From the NCBI GenBank assembly GCA_043228905.1, contig JBHGNT010000018.1, positions 17,670,001-17,734,000 of the forward strand: a DNA stretch of 64,000 nucleotides, in the 5' to 3' direction. The notes beneath the pieces are model-generated. The model worked only from the letters and a program-made list of their open reading frames with translations. It made no database searches and had not been told where the DNA came from. Position 1 is the stretch's first letter, and each line of letters opens with the position of its first letter. The position numbers were made by a program, and so were the translations under genes. The stretch is from Azolla caroliniana. Taxonomy: Eukaryota; Plantae; Polypodiophyta. Positions 1 through 13,670 of this stretch are shown here, piece by piece.

Positions 1-2917
1 ACCTAGGTCGGCGCCGGTGATGACCAAGTCATCAACATAAAGTAAAATACTAACCAGCCCAAGTCGACCTTTCCAGATGAACAGTGAGGAGTCCGATTTT
101 GACGTCACAAAGCCCATCCGACGCAATCGTTGCGTGATCTTTGCGTTCCAAGCACGCGGGGCTTGCTTTAGTCGGTAAAGGGACTTCTTCAATCGGCACA
201 CCGCCGAAGTGTTCGTTCCGGAGTGAAATCCAGGGGGTTGTACCATGTACACTTGTTCCTCAAGCTCACCTTGCAAGAACGCATTCCTTACATCCATCTA
301 ATGTAAGTGCCACCCCTTTGCCGCGAGCAAAACACGGACGACCGTCATCTTCGCGACTGGCGCAAATGTCTCATCGTAGTCGATGTCGTGTTTCTGTGCA
401 TAGCCTTTCGCTACTAACCGGGCCTTGTATCGGTTGACCGAGCCGTTAGTGTTGTACTTGACCTTGTACACCCACCGACATCCGATTGGCTTCACACCTT
501 TCAGTGCATCAACCAGGTCCCAAGTTTCATTCTCAGCTAATGCGCGCATCTCTTCCTCCATTGCGGCACACCAATTCGTGACCTTCGCCGCCTCTGCGTA
601 GTTCTCTGGCTCATGCACTTCCGCTACACGCGTCATGTACGCATAGTGATGCGCCATGTACTTGTTGTAACCGAACCGCACAACAGGGTTCTTTTGGCGG
701 GTTGATCGGCGTAATTGCTCATTAGCCGATGTTGAGGCTTTCATGGCCGACGTGGACTTCGCTCTCAAGGACCTGTCATCACTTCCCTTAGAGTCGGACT
801 CGCGTCGATCCGACTCGTTCCTATCCGTGTTGTAATCCGACACCTTCTTCTTCCCTTTTTCTTTGTGCGTAAGCTGTCTCCTCGGCTTCCTGCACGGGGA
901 ATGCACAACTGAGTCTCCACTACTCGCCGGCTCTTCATCAGACTGGTCGAACAGACTTAGTCGTCCATTCGGTCCACTTAACCGAAACGAAATTGAACTC
1001 TCTTCGCGAGTCCCGATTTCAGGCTCATCCGGAGGCATCTCGGCCTCGCTGACTTCATCATCAGAACTCGGATTAGAGGTGAGGTCCGGAGTTGGAGGCA
1101 AGTACCAGGACGCAGACTCGTCAAACAAAACGTCATGGTTCACGCGCGCTTGTTTGGTGCGAGGGTTATAACACGTATAACCCTTCTGCTTGTCCGAGTA
1201 GCCGACCAAGATACACTTCTCGGCTTTCGCATCCAACTTCCTCCGTTTCTCCTTTGGTACATGCACATACGCAATGCTACCAAAAACTCTCAAGTGTCGT
1301 AGATTCGGCTTCCTTCCGAAATATTGTTCATGCGCCGACACTTTGTCTCCGATCCGATTCTTGATGTATACAGCAGTTCGTACCACCTCGGCCCAATAGA
1401 ACTTGGGCAAGCTCTTCTCCTCCAACATTGCCCGTGCCACTTCTACAATTGACCAGTTCTTCCTCTCGGCCACGCCGTTTTGCTCCGGAATGTATCTACA
1501 ACTGAATTCGTGCCGAATTCCAATCTGTTGCAGATAGCCGTTGAATTGACCGGAAAAGTATTCTTTTCCTCCATCCGACTGCAAGCACTTGATCTTTTAT
1601 CCTGTTTCCATTTCCACGAACCCTTTGAGGTCTCGGAAACAGTCAAAGAATTCACTCTTCTTCTCGATGAGATAGATCCACGTGTGCCGCGTATAGTAGT
1701 CGATGAAGGAGACAAAATATTGACTCCCACCAAGACTAACGTTCTGTGACGGCCCCCATACATCGGAATATATCAAGTCGAGCTTGTTCCGGGTCCAGTT
1801 ATGCTCATTAGGGAATGGAAGTCGGTGTTCCTTCCCGAGTTGGCAGGCTTCACAAATTCGTGCCTTCCAGCCACTAAATTTGGGCAATCTGAACACCACC
1901 TATTTCGATTGCAGGTCCGGAAGTCGTTCATAGTTTACGTGGCCTATCCGCTTGTGCCATAAGTCAATATCCAACTCGACCTTTTGTCCTTTGGCGAACA
2001 TTGTGGTGCCACCGTCACTAGAGTCGAGGATAAACATCCTCCCGTCTCCGCGCCCTTGCGCAATAACTTGGCCTTCTTCTTCGATGAAGCACCCAAGATG
2101 CGTGAACCGGACTTGCATCCCCTGGTCAACGATCTGCCCGACCGACACCAGATTCTTCGTGATTGTGGGGACGTGTAACACGTTCATAAGTTTCCCTTTC
2201 TACCCGACATGGCTCAAGGGAACTTCACCGACATTCGCGATCGGATGCGGAGTGTCGTCTCCGGTTGCGACTACTCCCGGTTGCATCGGTTTTTCCAGGT
2301 ATGAGCACCATTCCTTGTGGCACGTCATGTGGTTTGACGCACCGGAGTCAACGTACCACACCTCGTCCAATTTCAGGGTGGACATCTTCATAGAGTTCGC
2401 GTCGTCTCTCATCACGAAGGTTGACCCTTTTCTAGCTTTTCCGGACCCTGCGGTGTAGTGCGATCGTTGCCGATTTCCTTTGTCGGTTTGTCCAGAGCTT
2501 GATCCGGATCCGGTCCTCTCTGAGTCAGCGCGCTTCTTCCAGCACTCACTCTCCTTGTGGCCTTTCTTGCCACAATACCAACATTCCACAACGGATTTCC
2601 CTTGCCGGTTCTCGTCGCCTCGACTCCCCCTGTTTTTGAAGGGTCTAGAATTGTTGTCGGCATCACTTCAGTGCCTTCGTTCTTGATCCCGTCGGCCACC
2701 TCCATTGCACACCGATTCGCCTCGTTCGCCCCGAACATGGGGCCTATCTCCCTCCGTGTACAACTTCTTGCTGTCGGCATGCGTGCTCGTCGACGCATCC
2801 GCGTGGTTCTCCTCTATAAGGAGCATCGACTGTAAGTCGAAAAATGACGACATATTCTCCCGTGTATACACAGCAGTTCGGAATGCTCCGAACTTCGACG
2901 CCATTCCCCCGAGACAC
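1..2917 (-). mobile_element. Ty1/copia LTR retrotransposon, decayed internal region (gag C-term, zinc knuckle, protease, integrase, RT); runs off the window start, 5' part truncated
   Basis: ORF pieces give CWYCGKKGHKESEC (CCHC), WYVDSGASNHM (protease), LWHKRIGH/CEACQLGK and SDGGKEY...PEQNGVAERKN (integrase), and YKARLVAKGYAQ...FAPVAK (RT). The order is copia-type, with stops and frameshifts. It is closely related to the element at 20211-25464. Confidence 0.93.
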
Positions 2918-3147
2918 TTTCAAGGGTTCAACATTGTCTACTTTCATCTTTTTACTTGTTGATGCATTAACAAAAGATGATAAAGGCATTTCATTGATAG
3001 ATGTTGATTCCACATTCACATCATTATTTGTGCTACTATTTTCAGCATTGTATTCCATTGATGATTCACCCATTCATGTCAACATTTGCACAACCAGATA
3101 CCATTTTTTGTCCTTCAACTTTTATGAAAACATCAATTTGATGACAT

Positions 3148-6100
3148 TTGTCACTATGTAATCTACCGGACAATTGGGAAAACCTAATAGTGACACTTAG
3201 TACCTCATGTAATGAAGATAACCTATCTTTACAAGTAGTAAAGACAAGCATTCTAAACGAAGAGACAAGAAGAAAGGATAAACGTGCCTTGTTTCAATTT
3301 GAAGCTAATGTGACCCAAGAACTTAGTAGAGGAAGAAGCAAGCACAAAAGTCCTGAAAATAGAGATAAATCTTATGCAAGGTCTAAAACTAGAGGAAGAC
3401 CTACATGCTTCTATTGTGGGAAGCCTGGTCACTTCCAAAAGAATTGTTGACACCATAGATTAACATATTCGCATTCGTGGGGCCTCCCCCACGAATGCAT
3501 ACGAATCGGAATACGAATACAGGTAATAATATTCCTTTTTTTCTTTTTTTTTTGGAAAAAAAAATCATTTCTTTTAATGATAGCTAGTGAGCGAACAACA
3601 TAGAACAGTGAGCGAAAAGGCCACACCCTACATCTTCTTGATTCTTACACCCTCGCCTCCCCTTGTATCTTGTTCTCGGCCTACAAATTAGGATTTCGGC
3701 TGAAAACCCTAATTTCAGTCGAAACCCTAATTTCGACCATATTTCTTCTTTTCAGCCTGCATCCTTGCCTCCCCTTCATCCTCTGAGTGTCACTTACTTA
3801 TTATTCTCGGCCTCCAAACCTAGGGTAGTGCTAAAACCTTAAATTTGGCTGAAATTAGGAACCCTAATTAATTAATTAATCATCAATTAATTAATGTTTT
3901 AGCAAATTAATTCATTATTATTAATTAATTAATATTTTAATTCTTAAACCCTAATTTTGGTTGAAATTAGGAACCCTAGTTAATTAATTATTAATGAATT
4001 AATTAATATTTTTAGTAAATTAATTCATTATTAGTGAATTGGTTAATATTTTAGTGAATTAATTATTTTTTTAGTAAATATTTTTTATTATGTAAATTTA
4101 AAACGAATGGTTCTATAATATTCTTGGGGTCATTTTGTATTTTCGAATATGGCGAATATTACGGATGGCGAATACCAAGAATATCACGCATGGGTCAATC
4201 TATGGTCGACACCTTAGGAAGGACAGAGCCATGGCTGATGATAAAAACACCTTAACCATTGCAACTAGTGAAGAAGAGATGTTATTTATTTGTGAACAAG
4301 GTAGTGTGAACCTTGCAAATGTTGAGTGCTCTTGGGTAGTGGACTCTGGTGCATCGTTCCACCTAACTCCCAAAAGAGAATGTTTCTCATCTTACACAAC
4401 CGATGACTATGGCTATGTAAGGATGAGAAATGACCATGAATGCAAGATTGTGGGCATAGGAAATGTGTGCTTGTTAACATCTCCTGGTTGCAGGTTAATG
4501 TTGAAGGATATACGCCATGCTCCGGATGTCATATTGAATTTGATATCAGCTCGATGGCTAGACGATGAAGGCTTCAACGGTGGTTTTCGCAATGGTACAT
4601 GGAAGTTTTGTAAAGGGAGCCTGATTGTGGTTCGAGCCCAAAAATAGAACACATTGTATGTAATGCGTGCAAAATTGTGCCAAGATGAAGCAAATGTGGT
4701 GGGTGACTCAGATGGTGAGTTGTGGCATAAAAGGCTCAACCATAGGAGCGAAAGGGGAATGCATATCCTTGATGAAAAGGATTTTCTACCAGAAGTGAAA
4801 GGAATACACCTTGAAAAGTGTGTGGACTACTTGGCTGGAAAGCAGAATAGAACAACCTTTCACTCTAGGCCTCTGATGAGAAGAGAGCATGCCCTAGAAC
4901 TGGTTCACATATATGTGTGTTATGTGGATGCCCCATCACACCGTGGTGGACAATACTTTGTCAAATTTATTGATGACTTCAGTAGAAAGGTGTGGGATTT
5001 GGTGTTGGTGTCTAAAGACCAAATGTTGTTGGTCTTTAAAGAGTTTCATGCAAGGGTAGAAAGAGAATCTGGATAGAAGTTAAAAGATGTCCGAACAGAT
5101 AATGGTGATGAGTATAGAGGCCAATTTGAGATGTATTGCAAGACTCAAGGCATCAAACTTGACTATACGGCGCCGAAGACACCCGAGCTGAATGGTCTAG
5201 CAGAGAAGGAATCAGACCATAATGGAAAGGGTAATAAGCATGTTGTCTCATGCGAAATTGTCAAAGTTGTATTGGGCTGAGGCAATGTTGACAATTGTCT
5301 ACCTTATAAATATGTCCCATCAGTGCTTCTGAAGGGGCATGTCCCACAGAGGGTGTGGACAGGAAGGAGTGTGTCCAATTAGCATTTAAGGGTGTTCCGA
5401 TGCTTGCCTTATGTGCATGTTGCTAAAGACCAAAGGTCAAAGCTAGACAGCAAGTCCAAGCCTTGCATATTCTTGGGGTACTCGGAACATGAGTTCGGAT
5501 ACAGGATGTGGGATCTCCTTGATAAGAAAGCGATAAGAAATCATGATGTTATATTCATGGAAGACTAAACAATTGAAGACTGGAGACAACAAAGACCAGA
5601 GTCGTTTTCCCAACCGACTACTATTATGGAGTCGGCGCTAGTTGATCCCACTTCCACACAACCAATCGACAGAGAATAGTCGGCTGATGAAGCCTAATCT
5701 GAGTTGGCTGACACACAACAGCAAGCTGATGCACTTGAATCTGAATCTGAAGATGAGCTGGCAGAAGAAACTGAATCAGAACCGGTTTCCGAACGAAGAA
5801 GATATCCTCTAAGACAAAGGAAAACCTCCTCTCGGTATCCAGCCAATCAATATATTCTCTTGACTGATGAAGGGGAACCAGAATGCTATGAAGAGGTCAT
5901 GATCGATGTACATAAGGAGAAGTGGTATAATGCCATGCAAGAGGAAATGGATTCCTTGCATGAGAACTACACTTATGAGCTGATGGAGTTGCTTGATGGA
6001 AGGAAGGCACTTAGAAACAAATGGGTCTACAAACTAAATACACCTAAGTATAAGGCCCGTATTGTAGTGAAAGGTTTTCAACAGAAAAAGGGTGTTGATT

Positions 6101-7370
6101 TTGATGAGATTTTTGCTCTAATACTGAAGATGACCTCCATCCAAACTGTTTTGAGTATGGTTTCCATTATGAATCTGGAAATTGAACAGTTGGATAGTAA
6201 AACAACATTCTTGCATGGTGATTTGGAAGAGGAAATCTACATGCAATAGCTGGAGGGCTTTGAGGTCAAAGGAAAAGAAAATATTTTTTAGCTTGTATGG
6301 ACTAAAACAAGCTCCTCGATAATGGTATAAGAAGTTTGAGTCCTTCATGTTGGAACATGGATTCCACAAAACACAATCCGATTATTGTGTATTTGTGAAA
6401 AGGTATGATGAGGGTGATTTCCTAATTCATTTGTTGTATGTGGATGACATGTTAATTGTTGAACAAAATGTTAAGAAGATTGCAAGCTTGAAGAAAGCTT
6501 TGAGCAAATCTTTTGCCATGAAAGACTTAGGATTGGCAAAACAGATTTTGGGAATGCATATAGTCCCGGACCTGACTAAAAACATGTTATGGCTGTCACA
6601 AGAGAAATATGTGACGAAAGTTTTGCAAAGGTTTAACATGTTTAATGCAAAATCTGTTGGATCTCCATTGCTAGTGAATTGTAAGCTAAATTCAAGACAA
6701 TGTCCGAAAACTTAGAAAGATGAGACAGAGATGAGGAGGGTGCCGTATGCCTCGGTTGTTGGGAGCCTAATGTATGCTATGGTCTGCACGAGGCCGGACA
6801 TTGCATTTGTTGTTGGGACAATTAGTCACTACATGAGTAATCCTAGAAAGAAGCATTGGGCTACCGTTAAATGGATACTGAGATACCTCAAAGGTACTTC
6901 AAGTGTATGCCTTAGATATGGCTCCGGGAAACCTATGCTCGAAGGTTTCATAGATTCTGATATGTTGGGTGATGTAGATTCCAGTCGATCCACGTCAAGG
7001 TATGTGATGACTTATTCAGGGGGAGCTATGTCATGGCAATCAAGATTGCAAAAGGTTGTGGCTCTGTCAACTAGAGAGGCTGAGTATATGGCTGCAGTGG
7101 AAGCCGGAAAAGAATTGATTTGGATGAGAGATTTTCTAAGTAAACTAGGAATGAAACAAGAAAAGTTCCTACTTCATTGTGATTATCAGAGTGCTATCCA
7201 TCTTGCTAAGAATGCTACCTATCACTCTCGTACAAAGCACATTCAAAGAAGGTATCATTGGTTGTCAGAGACAGTGGAGGAAAATGAGTTTGTCTTAGCG
7301 AAGATCCATACTTACGAAAATGGATCAGAAATGCTTATTAAAATCTTGTATATGGAAAAACTTGTTGCGT
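3148..7370 (+). mobile_element. Ty1/copia (Tnt1-like) decayed element, copy A1, no LTRs seen
   Basis: CFYCGKPGHFQKNC knuckle, WVVDSGASFH, LWHKRL, FIDDFSRK, YKARIVVKGF, LYVDDMLI and RNase H motifs appear in fragmented frames. Interrupted by a hAT-like insertion at 3454-4204 and cut off at 7370. Confidence 0.92.
3454..4204. mobile_element. non-autonomous hAT-like DNA transposon inserted in copia gag
   Basis: Ends are CATAGATT...AATCTATG. The 8-bp TSD is GTTGACAC (3446-3453) / GTCGACAC (4205-4212). The gag frame resumes across the insertion, and the interior is AT-rich with AAACCCTA motifs. Confidence 0.82.
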
Positions 7371-8089
7371 TGTCATGAAGAATGTGCTTCACGATATAAA
7401 AATAAACTTAAGTATTGTTTGTATTTAGTAGTATTTGAGACACTTGAACCCACGCCCTTATAAACCAAGCACAATGTATATACCACTAGGGTAGGCTATT
7501 TGTTTCTAAAATTGTTATCAAGAATGTGCTTCACTATATAAGAATAAACTTAAATATTGTATTAAGTAAAATTGAGGGACTTAAACCCTCAACCTTGTAT
7601 ATCAAGCACAAAGCATACACCACTAAGCTAGGTTATTTGCGTTAGGATTATATCCATCATTATAATTATCCCATATATATTTTCATACATGGGAGCTCAA
7701 ATGAGCATGATGGCTATCATGCATCATATGCAATGCATGTGCGCCAAATGGCGATCATGCATCACATGTAACTCATGCATTACATGCATGCCATTACCAT
7801 ATGCATGGAAATACTTATAAAAAGAGGGGAAAGGGAAAACAAGGTAATCAAGAAGAGAAAGTAAGAAATCAAATGATTAATATAATCAAGAAAAGAAGCT
7901 AGTGCATTTGGGGAAATGTCTTGTCTCTCGAAGTTGAAGTCGAGGGTTCAAATCAAGAGTTGGTAGAGAAGGGTTTCAACTTGTGATCGACATTATAACT
8001 TTGGTAAAATATTGTGTTGTTAATATAAACCTTGTTCTTATAATACGTTTTCACTTCTTAAATCATACATTAACACGTTCGCGTTCACA
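7371..8089 (+). mobile_element. putative LTR (gypsy-like) with two antisense tRNA-like cassettes
   Basis: Starts TGTCATGA like the gypsy LTR read from 59924, has TATA-like CTTATAAAA near 7815 and ends TTCACA. Two ~140-bp tandem units each carry minus-strand A/B boxes. No TSD found and the right boundary is uncertain. Confidence 0.45.
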
Positions 8090-8602
8090 AGTGGAAGGAT
8101 TGCACATTCCACTTGTAGAATCTTCTTGAAACGAAGCAAATACACCCTCTCTACAAAAATTGGATGCACTAGTATCACATGTTCCTCAACTTGATGAGAA
8201 TTTGCAAATATAAAAATACATGATAGGTCTACAAGTGGAGATCATTAGAAATCCTGCAAGTTTGGACGTGTTGATAAGTTAATGTAGGCATAATAAAGTT
8301 CAACAATGGCTCAATATGTCACTATTGTGCGACAAGGGAAACACTAAGTTAAAGACTTATATTAATTAGGTAAGTTTTACAAAAATATGTGTACTTGTAT
8401 CCATACTAATAAAATGAGTTATAATTTATACTTTGACCCATACGTGCATGTATATAATTGTGGACAATGTAGGATAGTGAACTTTAGGATAATGTGATTG
8501 GAATAACTAACTTATTAAAGTATTCAATACTTGTATTTAAAGTTGATCTAATCTATTCCTCAGTTTGTTCGTATGGGATCAAACCATATGTATATAATTG
8601 TG

Positions 8603-11600
8603 GAGGGTTTCTTGTGCCCCCCAAAAAGTTGTTTTGTGTATTTTTCTCTGTCTGTGTGTTGTTCGACATTTTCTCTGCAGGTAAGGAAAAACAGCAACTC
8701 GTCCGCCTCCATCGTTCTTCTCCAACAGTGGTTTCCGAGCGCAGGGATTCGTGAAGACTGCATGTGGCAGAAAGCATCTGATTTCTTTGTTTTTCCCCCT
8801 CTGCGCATGTTATTTTTCCAAGACCTCGACAGAGGTAATATCTAGTACACGTTTTTGTATGAACATTCTTCGTGCCAATTTTTTTTTTGGGAAAAGAAAA
8901 ATAGACCTTTGGTGAAAGGTAGAAACAGAGAGGACTCACTGTTTCTAGTATACAGAAGAGAGGATTTACACATAAAAACTTGTATTTGGTTTTTCCGATG
9001 CTTGCTCACTTGATGTGAGATTGTGACGTTGGAAGTTACGTCTCAGCTACATTCCATCTGTCTTGGTTGATATAAGAGTGAGGTGTTGTCCTCAGTCGAA
9101 CACACATACCTACCCTAGAACACAGTGATAGTTGTACTTGAGACTAGGTAGTGAGTAGTGTCTCAACTATCGTTAGTTGCTTAGATTTGGAATTGACTAA
9201 GTTTACCTACTATCCAAATGGCTGCCTCTGAAATGTCTGAGGTTTCAAGCACTTCACGCAGTGGTTCCTTTAATCCCCATAGAAATCAATCTATGAGCGG
9301 AAAAGACCACCTTGAGATCCGTAAATTTGACGGATTCAACTTTGCCCTGTGGGAGAATCAGATGAGAGATGTCCTGATTCAAAGAAGGCAATTAAGAGCT
9401 ATAAGTGGTGAAGCCAAGAGACCCGAGGGCATGACCAAGGACGATTGGGAAGAGCTCGATCTCTTGGAAATGTTTACCATAAGATTGCACCTAGCTGACA
9501 ACGTGTATTTCACGGTCTTGGACTGTGACTCAGCTGAAAAGCTATGGACTAAACTATCCAGTACATACGAAAAAGAGACCGCATCAACCAAAGTTTATCT
9601 AATGAGAAAACTTTATGATCTTCGAATGAAGGACAATGACAATGTCGCCTCTCATTTGAATGATTTTGATGCATTATGGTCACAAATTACTGGCTCAGAA
9701 AATGATTTTTGATGATGAGCTGAAATGTGTATTTTTGTTATGCACTTTGCCTAGCTTATGGAACACTTTTTGCACCGCTATTAGTGCAAGTGCACCAAAT
9801 GGGAAATTAGTCTATAATGACATATGTGGAGCTCTTTTGGGTGAAGAAATTCGTAGAAAATCTGTGATTGCATCACACAATGGAGATGCATATAATGTTT
9901 CTGATGTTGGTCCTCGCAAGAACCAACACCGTGGTAGGAGCCAAACAAGAAATAGTAGTGGAAATGATAGAGGTAGAAGCAAATCTAGGAAGAAAAATAT
10001 GGAGTGTTATTACTGTCATAAAAAGGGACACCTTAAGAAAGACTGTTATGCCCTTAAAAATAAGGAGAAAGATAATGCTAGAGGGCATGGTAGACAATCT
10101 AGTGGTCCCTCTTCCTCGTTGGAAACGGAGGAAGTAAATGCAACATGTGATGAGACAGACATCTTGGTCCTAGATGATGTTAGCACACATGCTGGGGTGA
10201 ACACGGTCTTTTCCCCATCACATACGTGGTTGTTGGACTCCGGTGCATCGTTTCATGTGACTCCACATAGAAAGTGGTTCACATGTTATGAAGCCAAGTC
10301 GCTTGGGAAAGTTCGACTTGGAGACTCACATCAATGTGATGTGATTGGCATTGGAAATATCTCAATGCATTTTAGTGATGGTTCTCATTTGACCATTAAA
10401 GATGTACGCCACGTTCCTCAACTAACTCGTAGTTTGATTTCCGTTGGTCAGCTTGATGACAACGGATATAAGGTGATGTTTGCTTCTCAATCCTTTCGTA
10501 TAACGAAAGGAAATATGATTGTCGCAAAAGGGAACAAAGTTGGTTCCCTCTACCCTCTATTTGTTCATCAAAAGGAACACTTGTTGGTTGTCACAGACCA
10601 GCCAATGACGAGCATTTGGCATGGTCGTTTGGGCCACATGTCAAGAAATGGCATGGAAATCCTATCTCGTTATGGCCACTTACCTAAGTTGTCATTCTCT
10701 GATTTTGCCTTATGTGAGCATTGTCAGCATGGTAAGCAAACTAGAAGTGCACATAAGACCAGTGTTAACTCATCCACTAAACCATTGGATCTTGTCCACA
10801 CGGATCTTTGTGGACCTATGCCCACAAGATCTTTGGGCGGTGCACTATATTTTGTTACTTTCATTGATGATGCCACTAGGAAAGTTTGGGCTTATCCAAT
10901 TAAGGGAAAGGATGATGTATACCCCACTTTCAGAAAATGGCTTAGTTCGGTTGAGCTGGAAAAGGACATAAAGCTCAAGGCCTTACGTTCAGACAATGGA
11001 GGTGAGTATACCTCTCATGAATTTGAGGACTTTTGCAAGTCTAGAGGCATTCGGAGAGAGCTTACAGCTCCTTACACCCCTGTCCAAAATGGTGTGGCTG
11101 AGAGGATGAACAGAACCATCCAGGACAGAGTTGTCTCTATGCTACACCATGCAAACCTCTTGCAAGGTTTTTGGGCAGAAGCTGTTTTAACAGCAGTCCA
11201 TGTGATTAACCTATCACCGAACACAACCATAGGTCTAAAAGTGGCACAAGACTTGTGGACAGGCAAGACACCTCATTATGCTCATCTTATAGTTTTTGGA
11301 TGTGAAGCATATGTACACATTCCAAAAACCTTAAGAAAGAAATTAGACTATAAATGCAGAAAATGTATATTTCTTGGTTACAGAATTGATGGGCAGTTTG
11401 GATATCGCTTATGGGATCCTGACACACGTACTGTGGTCAGAAGTAGTGATGTTGTTTTTGATGAGAACAAAATGCATAAATGGACCGTAAAGGAGGTAGA
11501 AGTGAGAAAGGTTGCATTTAAAGATAGTACGCCTTTTGTTGATGTAAAACAGAAAAATCTTACTGATGTAGATGCTTCTACATGTGGGCAGTCACAAAAA

Positions 11601-13670
11601 CCTGTTATTGGTCAGGATGAAGATGCCGAAAATGATGATGCTCAGCACAATGATGTGCAAGATGATGTTTATGCTCATAATGATGATGCTCAGAATGATG
11701 TTTCTCATGCACAACCTGATGGCACTCAGGTTCAGGATTCATTGAGGAGATCTATGCGTGTCCCCAAGGCACCTAGTAAGTTTGCAGATTATGTAATGCT
11801 AACAGATGCCGGTGAGCCTTCATGTTACAATGAAGCCATATCTGTAAATGACCATGCGAAATGGAAACAGGCCATGCAAAGTGAATTGGACAGCATTTAT
11901 AAAAATGGTACTTGGGATTTAGTACCTTTGCCAAAGGACAGGAAAGCATTGCCATGCAAATGGGTATACAAGTATAAGTATACATATGATAGTGCTTCTC
12001 CAAAGTATAAAGCATGCTTGGTTGCCAAAGGTTTCAAACAAGAATATGGAATTGATTTTGATGAAACCTTTTCTCCTGTAGTTAAGATGACTACATTACG
12101 TATGTTGCTTTCATTGGCTGCAAATCAGAATTTGGAACTTGTCCAAATGGATGTGAAGACTGCCTTCTTGCATGGGGACCTTGATGAGGATATTTATATG
12201 GAACAACCAGAAGGTCATGAAGTATCGGGAAAAGAACATTTGGTATGTAAACTCAAGAAGAGTTTGTATGGGCTTAAGCAGTCCCCGAGGTTATGGTACC
12301 AGAAATTCGATGCCTTTATGAAGGCTCAAGGATATATTAGAAGCAATGAGGGTGCATGTCTTTATACAAAAAACTGTTCAGATGGGAGTTTTATCACCTT
12401 GATATTATATGTTGATGACATGCTTATTGTTGGTAAAAACAAGGACGAGTTATCCTCGTTAAAGAAAAACTTGGGCCAGAATTTTGACATGAAGGATTTG
12501 GGAGATGCAAAACATATTCTTGGTATGCGTATCACTCGTGATAGGAGTAAGCGATGCATTTACTTGTCTCAAGCTGAGTACATATCGAAAGTGCTAAAGA
12601 GGTTTAATATGGAGAATGCAAAGCCGTTGAGCACTCCTTTGCCTACATATGTAAAACTGAGCACATGTGATTGCCCCACATCTGATGAAGACAAGAAATC
12701 TATGTCCAAGGTTCCTTATCAATCCACAGTCGGAAGTCTTATGTCCGCTATGATAGCGACCAGGCCAGACATTGCTTTCGTAGTGGGAATTGTGAGCAGA
12801 TTTATGTCAAATCCTGGTAATAAACATTGGGAGGCAGTTAAACTGATTTTAAGATAACTGTGTGGCATTGAGAATAGGTGTCTATGTTTAGGTGGTGGAA
12901 ATGTATCCATCATTGGATATACAGACTTTGATTATGCTACCTGTTCTGACAGCAGAAAATCCACTTCAGGATACATTTTTCAGTTTATGGGAGGTGCGAT
13001 ATCTTGGAGATCTCGTCTCCAAAAATGTACTGCTCTGTCCACTACAGAAGCAGAGTATGTCGCAGCTAGTGAAGCATGTAAGGAAGTCGTATGGCTGTCT
13101 AGATTAGCCTGTGACATGGGCATATCTAAGCTAGTACCCATACTGTTTTGTGATAGTCAGAGTGCCATTGCATTGGCTAAAAACCCAGTATACCATGCAA
13201 AGACCAAGCACATTGGAGTGAGATATCACTTCATTCGAGAATGCATAGCTGCTGGCTACATCAGTCTTGAGAAAGTTGTTTCTCAAGAAAATGTTGCAGA
13301 TCCATTGACCAAAGCTCTACCGCATGAAGCACTAGAGCATTGTTGCCACTTGATGGGGATTACTTAGGTCATGAGGTTACACATTGTGTAACATACTCAT
13401 CAAGTAGGATGTGTAGGTCTTGTTCAATCTTCCCATCAGCTTTGCTGATCCCTAGTTTGGCCTTTTAGTGGGAGATTGATAGTAAGAAAAGGCCAAATAT
13501 GTTATTTCTTACTATTTACGCATAGGTATAAAAACTAATAGAAATGAGGGTTTCTTGTGCCCCCCAAAAAGTTGTTTTGTGTATTTTTCTCTGTCTGTGT
13601 ACTGTTCGACATTTTCTCTGCAGGTAAGGAAAAACAACAGCTCGTCCGCCTCCATCGTTCTTCTCCAACA
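8603..13670 (+). mobile_element. near-complete Ty1/copia LTR retrotransposon (element B)
   Basis: The 5' LTR matching part 8603-8727 ends CCAACA, followed by PBS-like TGGTTTCCGAGC (tRNA-Met type). Gag-pol spans 9218-13367. PPT AGTGGGAGAT precedes the 3' LTR 13477-13670 (TG...CA). Confidence 0.93.
9218..13367 (+). pseudogene. copia gag-pol polyprotein with a frameshift near 9690 and a stop plus frameshift at 12857-12987
   Basis: The 164-, 1065- and 126-aa ORFs carry gag (IRKFDGFNFALW), CYYCHKKGHLKKDC, WLLDSGASFH, LRSDNGGEY, QMDVKTAFLHG, LYVDDML and RNase H (STTEAEY, CDSQSAI, ADPLTK). Confidence 0.9.
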
